Shown: positions 25,426 to 32,000 of the stretch, in pieces
Layout: each line of letters opens with the position of its first letter
Numbering within the stretch: the stretch's first letter is position 1
Origin: Clostridia bacterium
Lineage (GTDB): Bacteria > Bacillota > Clostridia > Lachnospirales > Lachnospiraceae
Direction of reading: 5' to 3'
NCBI GenBank assembly: GCA_910576205.1
Contig: CAJTHL010000006.1
Coordinates: forward strand, 104,432 to 136,431
Length of the DNA stretch: 32,000 nucleotides
The notes under the pieces: generated by a model
The model's database searches: none
Told to the model about the DNA's origin: nothing
What the model saw: the letters and a program-made list of their open reading frames with translations, nothing else
Translations under genes and position numbers: made by a program

Positions 25426-26460
25426 TCACGCGTTGTTTTCCATAAAAAGTACAACCTTTAGAGCCCTTTTTTCCCGAATTGCCTGGAATCCCTTTTCAAA
25501 ATCTTTCAGCTCCATCCGATGTGATATCAGAAATTCTGTATTGATTTTTTTCTCCCGGATCCCCTGCTCCACAAGAGCGTGCGTTTTCATCTCTTCTTTA
25601 GGAATTGGCCATTGTACAAATTTAAGAGTTACATTTCGCACCCCCTCCAGAGGAATGCCCAATTCCTGCCCTGTCCTTAGGCCGTAAACAGCTACCATAC
25701 CATCCTCCCGTACCAGAGGCAGCCCTTGACGGATCGTCTGCGGAGTTCCAACAGTGTCTATGTAAAAATCAAAGTATTTCTTCCGTTCTTCTCTCAAATG
25801 ATACATGCCCTCAAAATCTTTATTCCAGTAAATTCCAGAAGCTCCTATCTGTTTCGCAATCTTCAAGTTTCCCCTGTGATTTCCCACCATATCAGCTTCA
25901 ATAGCAAGCAGCCTGCAAATACTCAGCATGCACAGCCCCACCGGACCATCCCCTACCACTAATACCCTGTTTCCTCTTTCCACACCCATACGCATAAGCG
26001 CGCTGCATGTCTCCTTTAACGTGATCATTAGGGCTGCCTGTTCCGGCGTAATGTCGGGAGCAGTTACCTGCTGTGTCAGACTCCCCGACGCTTCCTCAAA
26101 GGAATATCCGTCCCGCAGCATTGCCGCAGAATCTTTTACCACACCATATTCACAAAAGCTTCCCCACCCGCTGTAATAATGTTCCGAATCCGGCAGGGAT
26201 GCCCGCAGAACCCGGTCTCCTATCTGATAGCTGCAAACTTTCTCCCCTTTCCTCACCACAATTCCAACCCCTTCGTGGCCTAATACCAGGGGAAATCTTT
26301 GCGCTTCCGTAATCCCTCCCTTTATAATTTCCATATCTGTGCCATTACAGATCATGCAGCATTCTATCTTTACCAAAGCCTCATAAGGCCCGATTTCCGG
26401 CATCGGAATATCATCCGCCAGGTGGATAATACCATTTTTCTCTACAACTAATCCTCTCAT
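25426..26460 (-). CDS. Zn-dependent alcohol/polyol dehydrogenase of the medium-chain dehydrogenase/reductase (MDR) superfamily
   Basis: 344-aa ORF; catalytic-Zn context CCMICNGTD and LGHEGVGIV; Rossmann motif VLVVGDGPVGL; no four-Cys structural-Zn loop visible. Confidence 0.85.
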   Translation of the reverse strand: MRGLVVEKNGIIHLADDIPMPEIGPYEALVKIECCMICNGTDMEIIKGGITEAQRFPLVLGHEGVGIVVRKGEKVCSYQIGDRVLRASLPDSEHYYSGWGSFCEYGVVKDSAAMLRDGYSFEEASGSLTQQVTAPDITPEQAALMITLKETCSALMRMGVERGNRVLVVGDGPVGLCMLSICRLLAIEADMVGNHRGNLKIAKQIGASGIYWNKDFEGMYHLREERKKYFDFYIDTVGTPQTIRQGLPLVREDGMVAVYGLRTGQELGIPLEGVRNVTLKFVQWPIPKEEMKTHALVEQGIREKKINTEFLISHRMELKDFEKGFQAIREKRALKVVLFMENNA

Positions 26461-26467
26461 ATGCTTA

Positions 26468-27328
26468 TCATCCTTTCACACCCGACAGTGCCACAGATTG
26501 AATAAAATACTTTTGTAAAAACAAATATAGAAGCAAAATAGGCAAAATGCTGATCAAAGTAGCAGCCATAACCTCATTCCATGGGGGAATAAATTCTACC
26601 GACGGCCCGGTTAAGCTTGCCATAGCCAGGGTGATGGGAAACATCTCAGATTTATTCAGCGCCACCAGCGGCCACATGAGATTATTCCAGCTCTGTAAAA
26701 AAACATAAGTGCCCAGTGTCAGCATCCCTGGCACAGCATTAGGTACGATCACCTGAATGAATATCCGGAAGTGCCCGGCGCCATCCACATATGCCGCTTC
26801 GTTTAATTCCTTTGGTATACCAAGAAAAAACTGGCGGATCAAAAATGTCCCAAAGGGAATCGCCCAGGCCACAAGCGGAAAGATCAAGCCGGTATAACGG
26901 TTCATAAGTCCCATATTTTTTACCAGAACAAAAGACGGGATCAGCCGGACTACCTGAGGAACCATCATGGTTGACAAGTATAAAAAAAATACCGCTGTGG
27001 CATACTTAAAATTCATTCTTGTAAGCGCATACGCCGCCATACTGCATAAAACCACTGTCAAAACCGCCGTTGGCACGGAAACCATAAAAGAATTTAAAAA
27101 GCTCTGGGGGAAATCAATCAGCTTCCATGCATCCGCGAAATTACCCCAGATAATCTGTGCCGGGATCAGTTTTGGCGGAAACACAAACAATTCTGAATCT
27201 GACTTTAACGCTGTTGAAAGCACCCAGAAAAATGGATAAAGAATGATCCCGGCGATCAGACAGGCTGCCAGAAGAGTCAGAATTTCACGGCTTCGCTTTG
27301 CTTTCTTTAAACTTCTTTCCTTTGTCAT
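26468..27328 (-). CDS. Carbohydrate ABC transporter permease (MalG/CUT1 type)
   Basis: 286-aa ORF, 6 predicted TM helices, EAA-like loop (ELNEAAYVDGAGHFRIF). Confidence 0.9.
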   Translation of the reverse strand: MTKERSLKKAKRSREILTLLAACLIAGIILYPFFWVLSTALKSDSELFVFPPKLIPAQIIWGNFADAWKLIDFPQSFLNSFMVSVPTAVLTVVLCSMAAYALTRMNFKYATAVFFLYLSTMMVPQVVRLIPSFVLVKNMGLMNRYTGLIFPLVAWAIPFGTFLIRQFFLGIPKELNEAAYVDGAGHFRIFIQVIVPNAVPGMLTLGTYVFLQSWNNLMWPLVALNKSEMFPITLAMASLTGPSVEFIPPWNEVMAATLISILPILLLYLFLQKYFIQSVALSGVKG

Positions 27329-27340
27329 ACATCCACGCTC

Positions 27341-28225
27341 CTACTCGCTCTTTGTAAATTTATTTTGAAGCAGTGTAAAGATCAGGATCACCACAAACAG
27401 AACTACCGACATAGCGCTGGCATAGCCCATTCTCATGGAGGAAAACGCTGTCTGGTACATATAGTATCCCGTAACATAGGTGGAAGTTCCCGGGCCTCCA
27501 GACGTGATCATATAAAACAGATCAAATTCCTGGAAAGAGCCTATAATACTCATCAGAGCAATAAACACAAGGATCGGCTTCAATTCTGGCAGAGTGATAT
27601 ACCAGAACTTCTGCCACGGCCTTGCACCCTCCAGGCTGGCCGCCTCATAGTATTGTTCGGAGATGCCCAGCATTCCAGCCACCAGCATAACCATATAATA
27701 GCCAGCCCACCGCCAGGCTGTCACGATCACAATAGATACCATGGCGATCTTACCGCTGGTAAGCCATTTTACAGAGCTAAGGCCGCAGGCATTTAGCAAT
27801 CCATTTACCGCTCCATTATTTGTCCCCAGCAGATAATTCCAGGCAATGCCAGTAGCTACTAAAGACAGCATTGTCGGCATAAAATAAATTCCGCGAAAGA
27901 GCTTTGATAATTTTGTATGTGTGACAAGCGCTGCCATTCCCAGGGCCATAGCCATGATCAAAGGAACATTCAGCGCAATGTAATAGAGTGTATTCCATAC
28001 GCTGATCCACCACAGTTTGTCATGTAGCAGTTCTTTATAGTTTGCCAGCCCTACAAATACATTGTCCTTCAGCGGTTTCCATTCATAAAACGACAAAACC
28101 ATGGAATAAAGCATAGGCCAAAGTACAAATATTAACAACAGAAGCATACTGGGCATCAAAAAGAGGAAGATCATAATTCCTCTTTTCCGGATTCTTTTCA
28201 TTCTACTCAAGCCTTTTTCACCCAT
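27341..28225 (-). CDS. Carbohydrate ABC transporter permease (MalF/CUT1 type)
   Basis: 294-aa ORF, 6 predicted TM helices, EAA-like loop (YYEAASLEGARPWQKFWYITLP); AGGAGAAAG RBS. Confidence 0.9.
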   Translation of the reverse strand: MGEKGLSRMKRIRKRGIMIFLFLMPSMLLLLIFVLWPMLYSMVLSFYEWKPLKDNVFVGLANYKELLHDKLWWISVWNTLYYIALNVPLIMAMALGMAALVTHTKLSKLFRGIYFMPTMLSLVATGIAWNYLLGTNNGAVNGLLNACGLSSVKWLTSGKIAMVSIVIVTAWRWAGYYMVMLVAGMLGISEQYYEAASLEGARPWQKFWYITLPELKPILVFIALMSIIGSFQEFDLFYMITSGGPGTSTYVTGYYMYQTAFSSMRMGYASAMSVVLFVVILIFTLLQNKFTKSE

Positions 28226-28241
28226 TTCTTTCTCCTGAATA

Positions 28242-28273
28242 TTTTGGCTGGCAATGACGCCTGCCAGCCAAAA
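28242..28273 (-). other. Intercistronic stem-loop between the SBP and first permease genes
   Basis: Perfect 12-bp stem TTTTGGCTGGCA (28242-28253) / TGCCAGCCAAAA (28262-28273) with an 8-nt loop; no U-run after it on the transcribed strand, so a stabiliser or partial attenuator rather than a full terminator. Confidence 0.5.
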
Positions 28274-28304
28274 GCCAGGGTTTAAGGTAATCTGTCTAAA
28301 ACCG

Positions 28305-29630
28305 CTATTTTTTTAACAGTTCATTTACCTCCGCTGCCAGATCCCTCAATACCGTTTCCACGTCTTCCCCACTGTACCATATACGATCCAATTGCCTGGA
28401 GGCAGCGTCCATCTGCTCATTTACTGTCAGGACATTGGGCATCCATTTGCAGTATTCCAGGGCATCCACAAAAATCCCCGCGTTCTTCTCAGTTGCGAAC
28501 TGGGAAACAGATACGTCTTTCAAGGATTTTCGCACCGCGATCTGGGGATCCGTTGTATTTTCAAGGAGTATCCGCAGCCCTTCCTCGCTGGTGGCAAATT
28601 TCATAAAATCCATGGCCGCCTCTTTATTTTCTGATGTAGAAGAAATGCTTATTGTATTTACATACAGCACTTCCCCTTTTGTTCCATCATTTCCCCTGGG
28701 AGCATGCATGATTCCCCAATCCAGTGTTTCGCTGTCTTCCAGCTTTAAGGCTTCCCATAATGCCACACGCCCCATGGCGATGGATCCGGAATTAAGCATT
28801 CCCACGATAGGGAAGGATCCTTCATCTAGTTTTTCAATCGGCGGAATGACGCCTGTGTCCACAAGCTTCTGAATATATTTTACTGCCTCTACCGTTTTGG
28901 GGTCATCCAGATTACTCACGGTATCGTCTGCATTTGTGTACTCTACTCCGTTCTGCCACATATATGGCAAAAGTGTTTTAATCCCATAATCATTGATCAA
29001 TGTAGCGTAATTCACGCCAACCTCATCCTTGTGCTCCACGATCAATTCACAGGTATCCAGAAATTCGTCCCAGGTATACCCTTCCTCTGGTACTTCCAGA
29101 TTCAGCTCTTCAAAAATTTTCTTATTATATACCCATGCATAGTTTCCTCCATCTACCGGAATCCCATACATTTTCCCCTTATAGGTAGCATAATCCAGTG
29201 TCGTTTCCCAGAAATCGTTAAAATTATAGGCAGAATCTGACTTTAAATCCTCCGGATCGATCTCCTCCAGGATTCCCGCTTCAGCAAACATCTGCGTGTT
29301 CCCCACTTTACAGGAAAGCAGATCTGGAAGCGCGTCTCCCGCCGCCTCTGTATTAATCTTCGTCTCGTAATCAGAGATCTGTTCATAATTTATAACCACG
29401 TCTGGATTCACCTCTTTGTATGCGTCCAGGATCGGCTGGTATTTTGAAACAGGATCCCAGCTCTGCCATGTCAGTACAAGCTTATCCCCTGTATCTTCCG
29501 TTCCCGCCTGTCCGGATTCCTGAGGCATTCCCGCCGGATCTTCGGAAGATTCTTTCGTTCCTCCGCATGCGGTAAGCATACCAACTGCCAATAACGCAGC
29601 CATGAAAATAGAAAATACCCTCTTCTTCAT
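28305..29630 (-). CDS. CUT1-family extracellular solute-binding lipoprotein
   Basis: 441-aa ORF; lipobox GMLTAC-GG; SBP_bac_1-like core (GKMYGIPVDGGNYAWVYNKKIFEE); AAGGAGG RBS. Confidence 0.9.
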   Translation of the reverse strand: MKKRVFSIFMAALLAVGMLTACGGTKESSEDPAGMPQESGQAGTEDTGDKLVLTWQSWDPVSKYQPILDAYKEVNPDVVINYEQISDYETKINTEAAGDALPDLLSCKVGNTQMFAEAGILEEIDPEDLKSDSAYNFNDFWETTLDYATYKGKMYGIPVDGGNYAWVYNKKIFEELNLEVPEEGYTWDEFLDTCELIVEHKDEVGVNYATLINDYGIKTLLPYMWQNGVEYTNADDTVSNLDDPKTVEAVKYIQKLVDTGVIPPIEKLDEGSFPIVGMLNSGSIAMGRVALWEALKLEDSETLDWGIMHAPRGNDGTKGEVLYVNTISISSTSENKEAAMDFMKFATSEEGLRILLENTTDPQIAVRKSLKDVSVSQFATEKNAGIFVDALEYCKWMPNVLTVNEQMDAASRQLDRIWYSGEDVETVLRDLAAEVNELLKK

Positions 29631-29668
29631 TTTTTGTCCTCCTTTGTTTGTTTTTAGTTTATGCTGGT

Positions 29669-29697
29669 ATCATATCACTTCTTTTTTTATATGTCAA
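29669..29697 (-). promoter_or_regulatory. Strong sigma-A promoter of the SBP-permease-ADH-GRE-activase operon (TTGACA-17-TGaTATGAT)
   Basis: Minus strand: consensus -35 TTGACA (plus 29692-29697), 17-bp spacer ending in TGA, -10 TATGAT (plus 29669-29674), about 35 nt upstream of the SBP ATG. Confidence 0.6.
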
Positions 29698-29709
29698 TCG
29701 TTTTCATAT
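29689..29709 (-). promoter_or_regulatory. Operator-like site A (ATATGAAAACGATTGACATAT on the minus strand), overlapping the -35
   Basis: Contains a LacI-type half-site ATGAAAACG and inverted ends ATATG/CATAT. 18 of 21 positions are identical to site B, which lies in the opposite orientation. Confidence 0.4.
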
Positions 29710-29770
29710 AGTTTTATACTATTTTTTTCTGCTTTTATCTGGATATTTTGCTATTTTTGTCCATTTTTTT
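29701..29770. promoter_or_regulatory. Helically phased T/A-tracts (predicted intrinsic bend) immediately upstream of the GRE-operon promoter
   Basis: Runs of 4 or more T begin at 29701, 29712, 29722, 29733, 29746, 29754 and 29764, a mean period of 10.5 bp over seven tracts. Confidence 0.55.
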
Positions 29771-29829
29771 GTTCTTCTTCTTGCTATTTTCATTTTTTCG
29801 TTATATTTTCTTTCATTATTCCAATTTTT

Positions 29830-29850
29830 ATATGAAAACGAGCGTCATAT
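29830..29850 (+). promoter_or_regulatory. Operator-like site B (ATATGAAAACGAGCGTCATAT)
   Basis: Perfect 6-bp inverted ends ATATGA/TCATAT around a 9-bp core. Its centre is 141 bp from the centre of site A. Confidence 0.4.
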
Positions 29851-29902
29851 CATCTATGCATATATGAGACCAGGAAGCCTGTGTCTGGAATACATCTTCA
29901 GA

Positions 29903-29939
29903 CTAAAAAAGGCCATTGCCCCAAAAGCAACAGCCTTTC
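29903..29939 (-). terminator. Probable rho-independent terminator after infA
   Basis: On the minus-strand RNA, AAAGGCUGUUGC / GCAAUGGCCUUU form a 12-bp stem (two G-U pairs) with a 7-nt loop, running into a U-rich tract (plus-strand A-run 29906-29911). Confidence 0.45.
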
Positions 29940-29960
29940 TCACCATCATGGTAAAAACAT

Positions 29961-30179
29961 TTATTTATCTCTCCAGATGATCCTTCCCTTAGACAGGTCA
30001 TAGGGTGACATCTCGATGGTCACCTTATCTCCCGGAAGGATACGGATAAAGTTCATGCGGAGCTTTCCGCTGATATGCGCCAGCACTTTGTGGCCATTTT
30101 CCAGCTCCACCTGGAACATGGCGTTGGGCAGCTTTTCAATTACGGTTCCTTCAATTTCAATAACATCTGCTTTTGACAT
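29961..30179 (-). CDS. infA: Translation initiation factor IF-1
   Basis: 72-aa ORF; [53 protein letters not shown] is near-universal IF-1 sequence. Confidence 0.97.
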   Translation of the reverse strand: MSKADVIEIEGTVIEKLPNAMFQVELENGHKVLAHISGKLRMNFIRILPGDKVTIEMSPYDLSKGRIIWRDK

Positions 30180-30192
30180 GTGATTCCTCCCA

Positions 30193-30477
30193 CTACTTTC
30201 TCAATTCCCTCGAACTATGCAGTTTAATCGCAAATTTGATATCCTCATTCCGTATGCTTTCCTTCCGGGACAGCTTTTCCCGCAGATTTTCCGGAATAGT
30301 ATATTGGATCTGTATATGCTTCCTCTTCTTTTTCTTTGGCTTTTCCAGAGGCCGCAGACGCCCGTCTACCAGCCACACGTAAGTCTCATCCATATCCCAG
30401 ACAATATAGCACGTGTCCTTGTCATGGCCTGCCCTGGATATGGCAAGCATGCCTGCCTCAATCTTCTCTACTCCCAT
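30193..30477 (-). CDS. KOW-domain RNA-binding protein, commonly found between map and infA in Clostridia
   Basis: 94-aa ORF; [21 protein letters not shown]-like motif and a Lys-rich segment; conserved position. Confidence 0.7.
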   Translation of the reverse strand: MGVEKIEAGMLAISRAGHDKDTCYIVWDMDETYVWLVDGRLRPLEKPKKKKRKHIQIQYTIPENLREKLSRKESIRNEDIKFAIKLHSSRELRK

Positions 30478-30491
30478 AGCATTCCTCCTGC

Positions 30492-31247
30492 CTATAGGGA
30501 CAAAGTCAGAAGCTCCGGTTCTCCGCCCGTAATCAGAACCGTATTCTCATAATGTGCCGACAGGGAGCCGTCCTCCGTGACGACCGTCCAGTCGTCGTCC
30601 AGCCAGCACACTTCCCATCCCCCGGCGTTAATCATGGGTTCGATGGCAAGAGTCATGCCGGGCATAAGCCGGATTCCCCTGCGCTTCTGCCGGAAGTTTG
30701 GGATTTGCGGATCCTCGTGAAGCTTTGTGCCAATGCCGTGTCCCACCAGGTCCTGTACAACCCCATAGCCAAACTGGTCTATATAATCATTGATAGCCGC
30801 GGAAATCTCGTGGAGATGCCTGCCAGCCCTGGCATACTTGATTCCCTCGAAAAAACTCTGTCTTGTCACTGCGATTAGCTGCTCCGCCTCTTTGCTGATT
30901 TTCCCAACTCCATGGGTTCTGGCGGCGTCCGAATGATAGCCCTTGTAAATAAGACCTGCATCCAGACTTACAATGTCCCCCTCCATTAGGATACGTTCCT
31001 TGTGTGGGATCCCATGAACCACTTCATCGTTCACGGAGACACAGATGGACGCCGGATATCCATTGTAATTCAGAAAATTTGGGATACATCCCCGCTCCCG
31101 GATAAGCTTCTCGCCATAGCGGTCAATATCCAGAGTGGAAATCCCGGGTTTCACAAACGCTCCCAGTTCATTATGAACCTCCTCCAGGAGCTTTCCCGCA
31201 ATGCGCATATATTCTATTTCTCTGGCAGACTTAATTGTTACTGACAT
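30492..31247 (-). CDS. map: Type I methionine aminopeptidase
   Basis: 251-aa ORF; metal-ligand context VVHGIP, DIVSLDAG, YHSDAARTH, VGHGIG, LAIEPM, HYENTVLIT. Confidence 0.95.
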   Translation of the reverse strand: MSVTIKSAREIEYMRIAGKLLEEVHNELGAFVKPGISTLDIDRYGEKLIRERGCIPNFLNYNGYPASICVSVNDEVVHGIPHKERILMEGDIVSLDAGLIYKGYHSDAARTHGVGKISKEAEQLIAVTRQSFFEGIKYARAGRHLHEISAAINDYIDQFGYGVVQDLVGHGIGTKLHEDPQIPNFRQKRRGIRLMPGMTLAIEPMINAGGWEVCWLDDDWTVVTEDGSLSAHYENTVLITGGEPELLTLSL

Positions 31248-31250
31248 ATA

Positions 31251-31895
31251 TTACGCTCCCAAAATCTTCACAATATTCTGGAACACAGCTTCCATCTCCT
31301 GGGTGCCGTCCACCTCTGCCAGCTTGTTCTGGGAAGTATAGTACTCAATAAGCGGCTGAGTCTGGTCATGGTATACGCCCAGTCGTTTCTTTACGGTTTC
31401 CGGCTTATCATCGTCCCGGAGTACCAGCTCCTTGCCACATCTGTCGCAGATGCCCTCCACCTTTGTGGGTATATGCACAATATGATAGGTGGCACCACAG
31501 GCAAGACACGCCCTGCGGCCGGACATGCGGTTGACAATATTCTCGTCGGGCACCTCCACATTGATTGCAAAGTCAATGCTCTCTCCCTTTTCCTCCAGGG
31601 CCTTTGTCAAAGCCTCCGCCTGGGGAATGGTCCTGGGAAATCCATCCAGCACATAACCGCCCGCGCAATCTGGATTCTTGAAGCGGTCCATAATCAGCTC
31701 CAGTGTCAGCTCATCCGGCACCAGAAGCCCTTGATCCATATATTCTTTTGCTTTTTTGCCAAGCTCGGTTCCCTCTTTCAGGTTCGCACGGAAAATATCA
31801 CCCGTGGAAATATGCGGAATCTGGTATTTATCCGCAATCTTCTTGGCCTGGGTCCCTTTCCCTGCGCCAGGTGCGCCTAACATGATGATCTTCAT
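31251..31895 (-). CDS. adk: Adenylate kinase (Zn-lid type)
   Basis: 214 aa from the ATG at 31893-31895 ([16 protein letters not shown]; AGAGGAGAG RBS). The track start at 31901 is a TTG. Lid motif CLACGATYH ... CDRCG. Confidence 0.95.
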   Translation of the reverse strand: MKIIMLGAPGAGKGTQAKKIADKYQIPHISTGDIFRANLKEGTELGKKAKEYMDQGLLVPDELTLELIMDRFKNPDCAGGYVLDGFPRTIPQAEALTKALEEKGESIDFAINVEVPDENIVNRMSGRRACLACGATYHIVHIPTKVEGICDRCGKELVLRDDDKPETVKKRLGVYHDQTQPLIEYYTSQNKLAEVDGTQEMEAVFQNIVKILGA

Positions 31896-31919
31896 TTTCA
31901 AACTCTCCTCTATTCAAAC

Positions 31920-31949
31920 TTAAGCATCACAAATACTTGTGATGCTTAA
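31920..31949 (-). other. Perfect 13-bp stem-loop between secY and adk
   Basis: TTAAGCATCACAA (31920-31932) / TTGTGATGCTTAA (31937-31949), 4-nt loop; on the minus strand it is followed by GUUUGAAU. Confidence 0.5.
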
Positions 31950-31982
31950 AGTTTTGTATCTTTTCCCAAGGCGCCTGCCCTG

Positions 31983-32000
31983 TTAATCATTTAAGAATCC
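31983..32000 (-). CDS. secY: Possible last 5 codons plus stop of secY (runs off the right edge)
   Basis: Minus strand reads GFLND-stop. The call rests only on the conserved secY-adk order and a GFL-type SecY tail. Confidence 0.3.
   Translation of the reverse strand, partial: GFLND

Noticed and set aside
22275-29630. Interpreting the GRE locus as a GRE-type bacterial microcompartment or as a choline, propanediol or hydroxyproline utilisation cluster
   Set aside because: The expected partner genes are absent: no BMC-H/BMC-P shell proteins, aldehyde dehydrogenase, PduL/Pta or P5C reductase. The transporter is a CUT1 carbohydrate importer.
8158-29960. Calling the 21.8-kb block a mobile element or prophage
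   Set aside because: I could see no integrase, recombinase, transposase, tRNA target, phage gene or flanking direct/inverted repeats. It is reported only as an accessory insertion of unknown origin.
29602-29980. Phe/Leu/Ile-rich plus-strand ORFs (77 and 110 aa) in the SBP-infA intergenic region
   Set aside because: They are translation artefacts of the phased T-tract promoter region. They have no RBS and homopolymeric codon content, and they overlap a promoter and a terminator that explain the sequence better.
1-32000. CRISPR arrays, tRNA/rRNA genes, toxin-antitoxin pairs or known defence-system genes
   Set aside because: No regularly spaced short repeats, no cloverleaf or rRNA-like segments, and no ORFs with nuclease, ATPase or methylase defence signatures turned up while reading both strands.

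Overview
The window looks like Firmicutes/Clostridia chromosome (Lachnospiraceae-like gene order, GGAGG ribosome-binding sites (RBS), lipoprotein solute-binding proteins (SBPs)). Almost all of it is transcribed on the minus strand. The backbone is the distal part of the conserved ribosomal-protein super-operon: secY' (edge), adk, map, KOW protein, infA ... rpmJ, rpsM, rpsK, rpsD, rpoA, rplQ. To its left lie a LytTR two-component pair, an AraC regulator and rhaB-rhaA'. The normally adjacent infA (29961) and rpmJ (8157) are separated by about 21.8 kb of accessory DNA with five parts. (i) tag plus an orphan ORF. (ii) A decayed sugar locus: DeoR, SBP, ABC ATPase, FGGY kinase and uroporphyrinogen-decarboxylase-family (URO-D) remnants, all truncated or frameshifted. 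(iii) An intact RbsB-type ABC importer, a RhaM mutarotase and a URO-D-family enzyme, carrying two identical palindromic operator modules. (iv) A 768-aa LacI::solute-binding-protein fusion regulator. (v) A LacI-linked operon encoding a CUT1-family (carbohydrate uptake transporter 1) sugar importer, a Zn-dependent dehydrogenase, a short glycyl-radical enzyme (GRE) and its activase. The best candidate for an undescribed system is the GRE operon in (v), followed by the neighbouring URO-D/RhaM/ABC regulon with the fusion regulator. I saw no CRISPR array, tRNA/rRNA, integrase or transposase. All calls rest on reading the translations and the DNA by eye. No database search was run.
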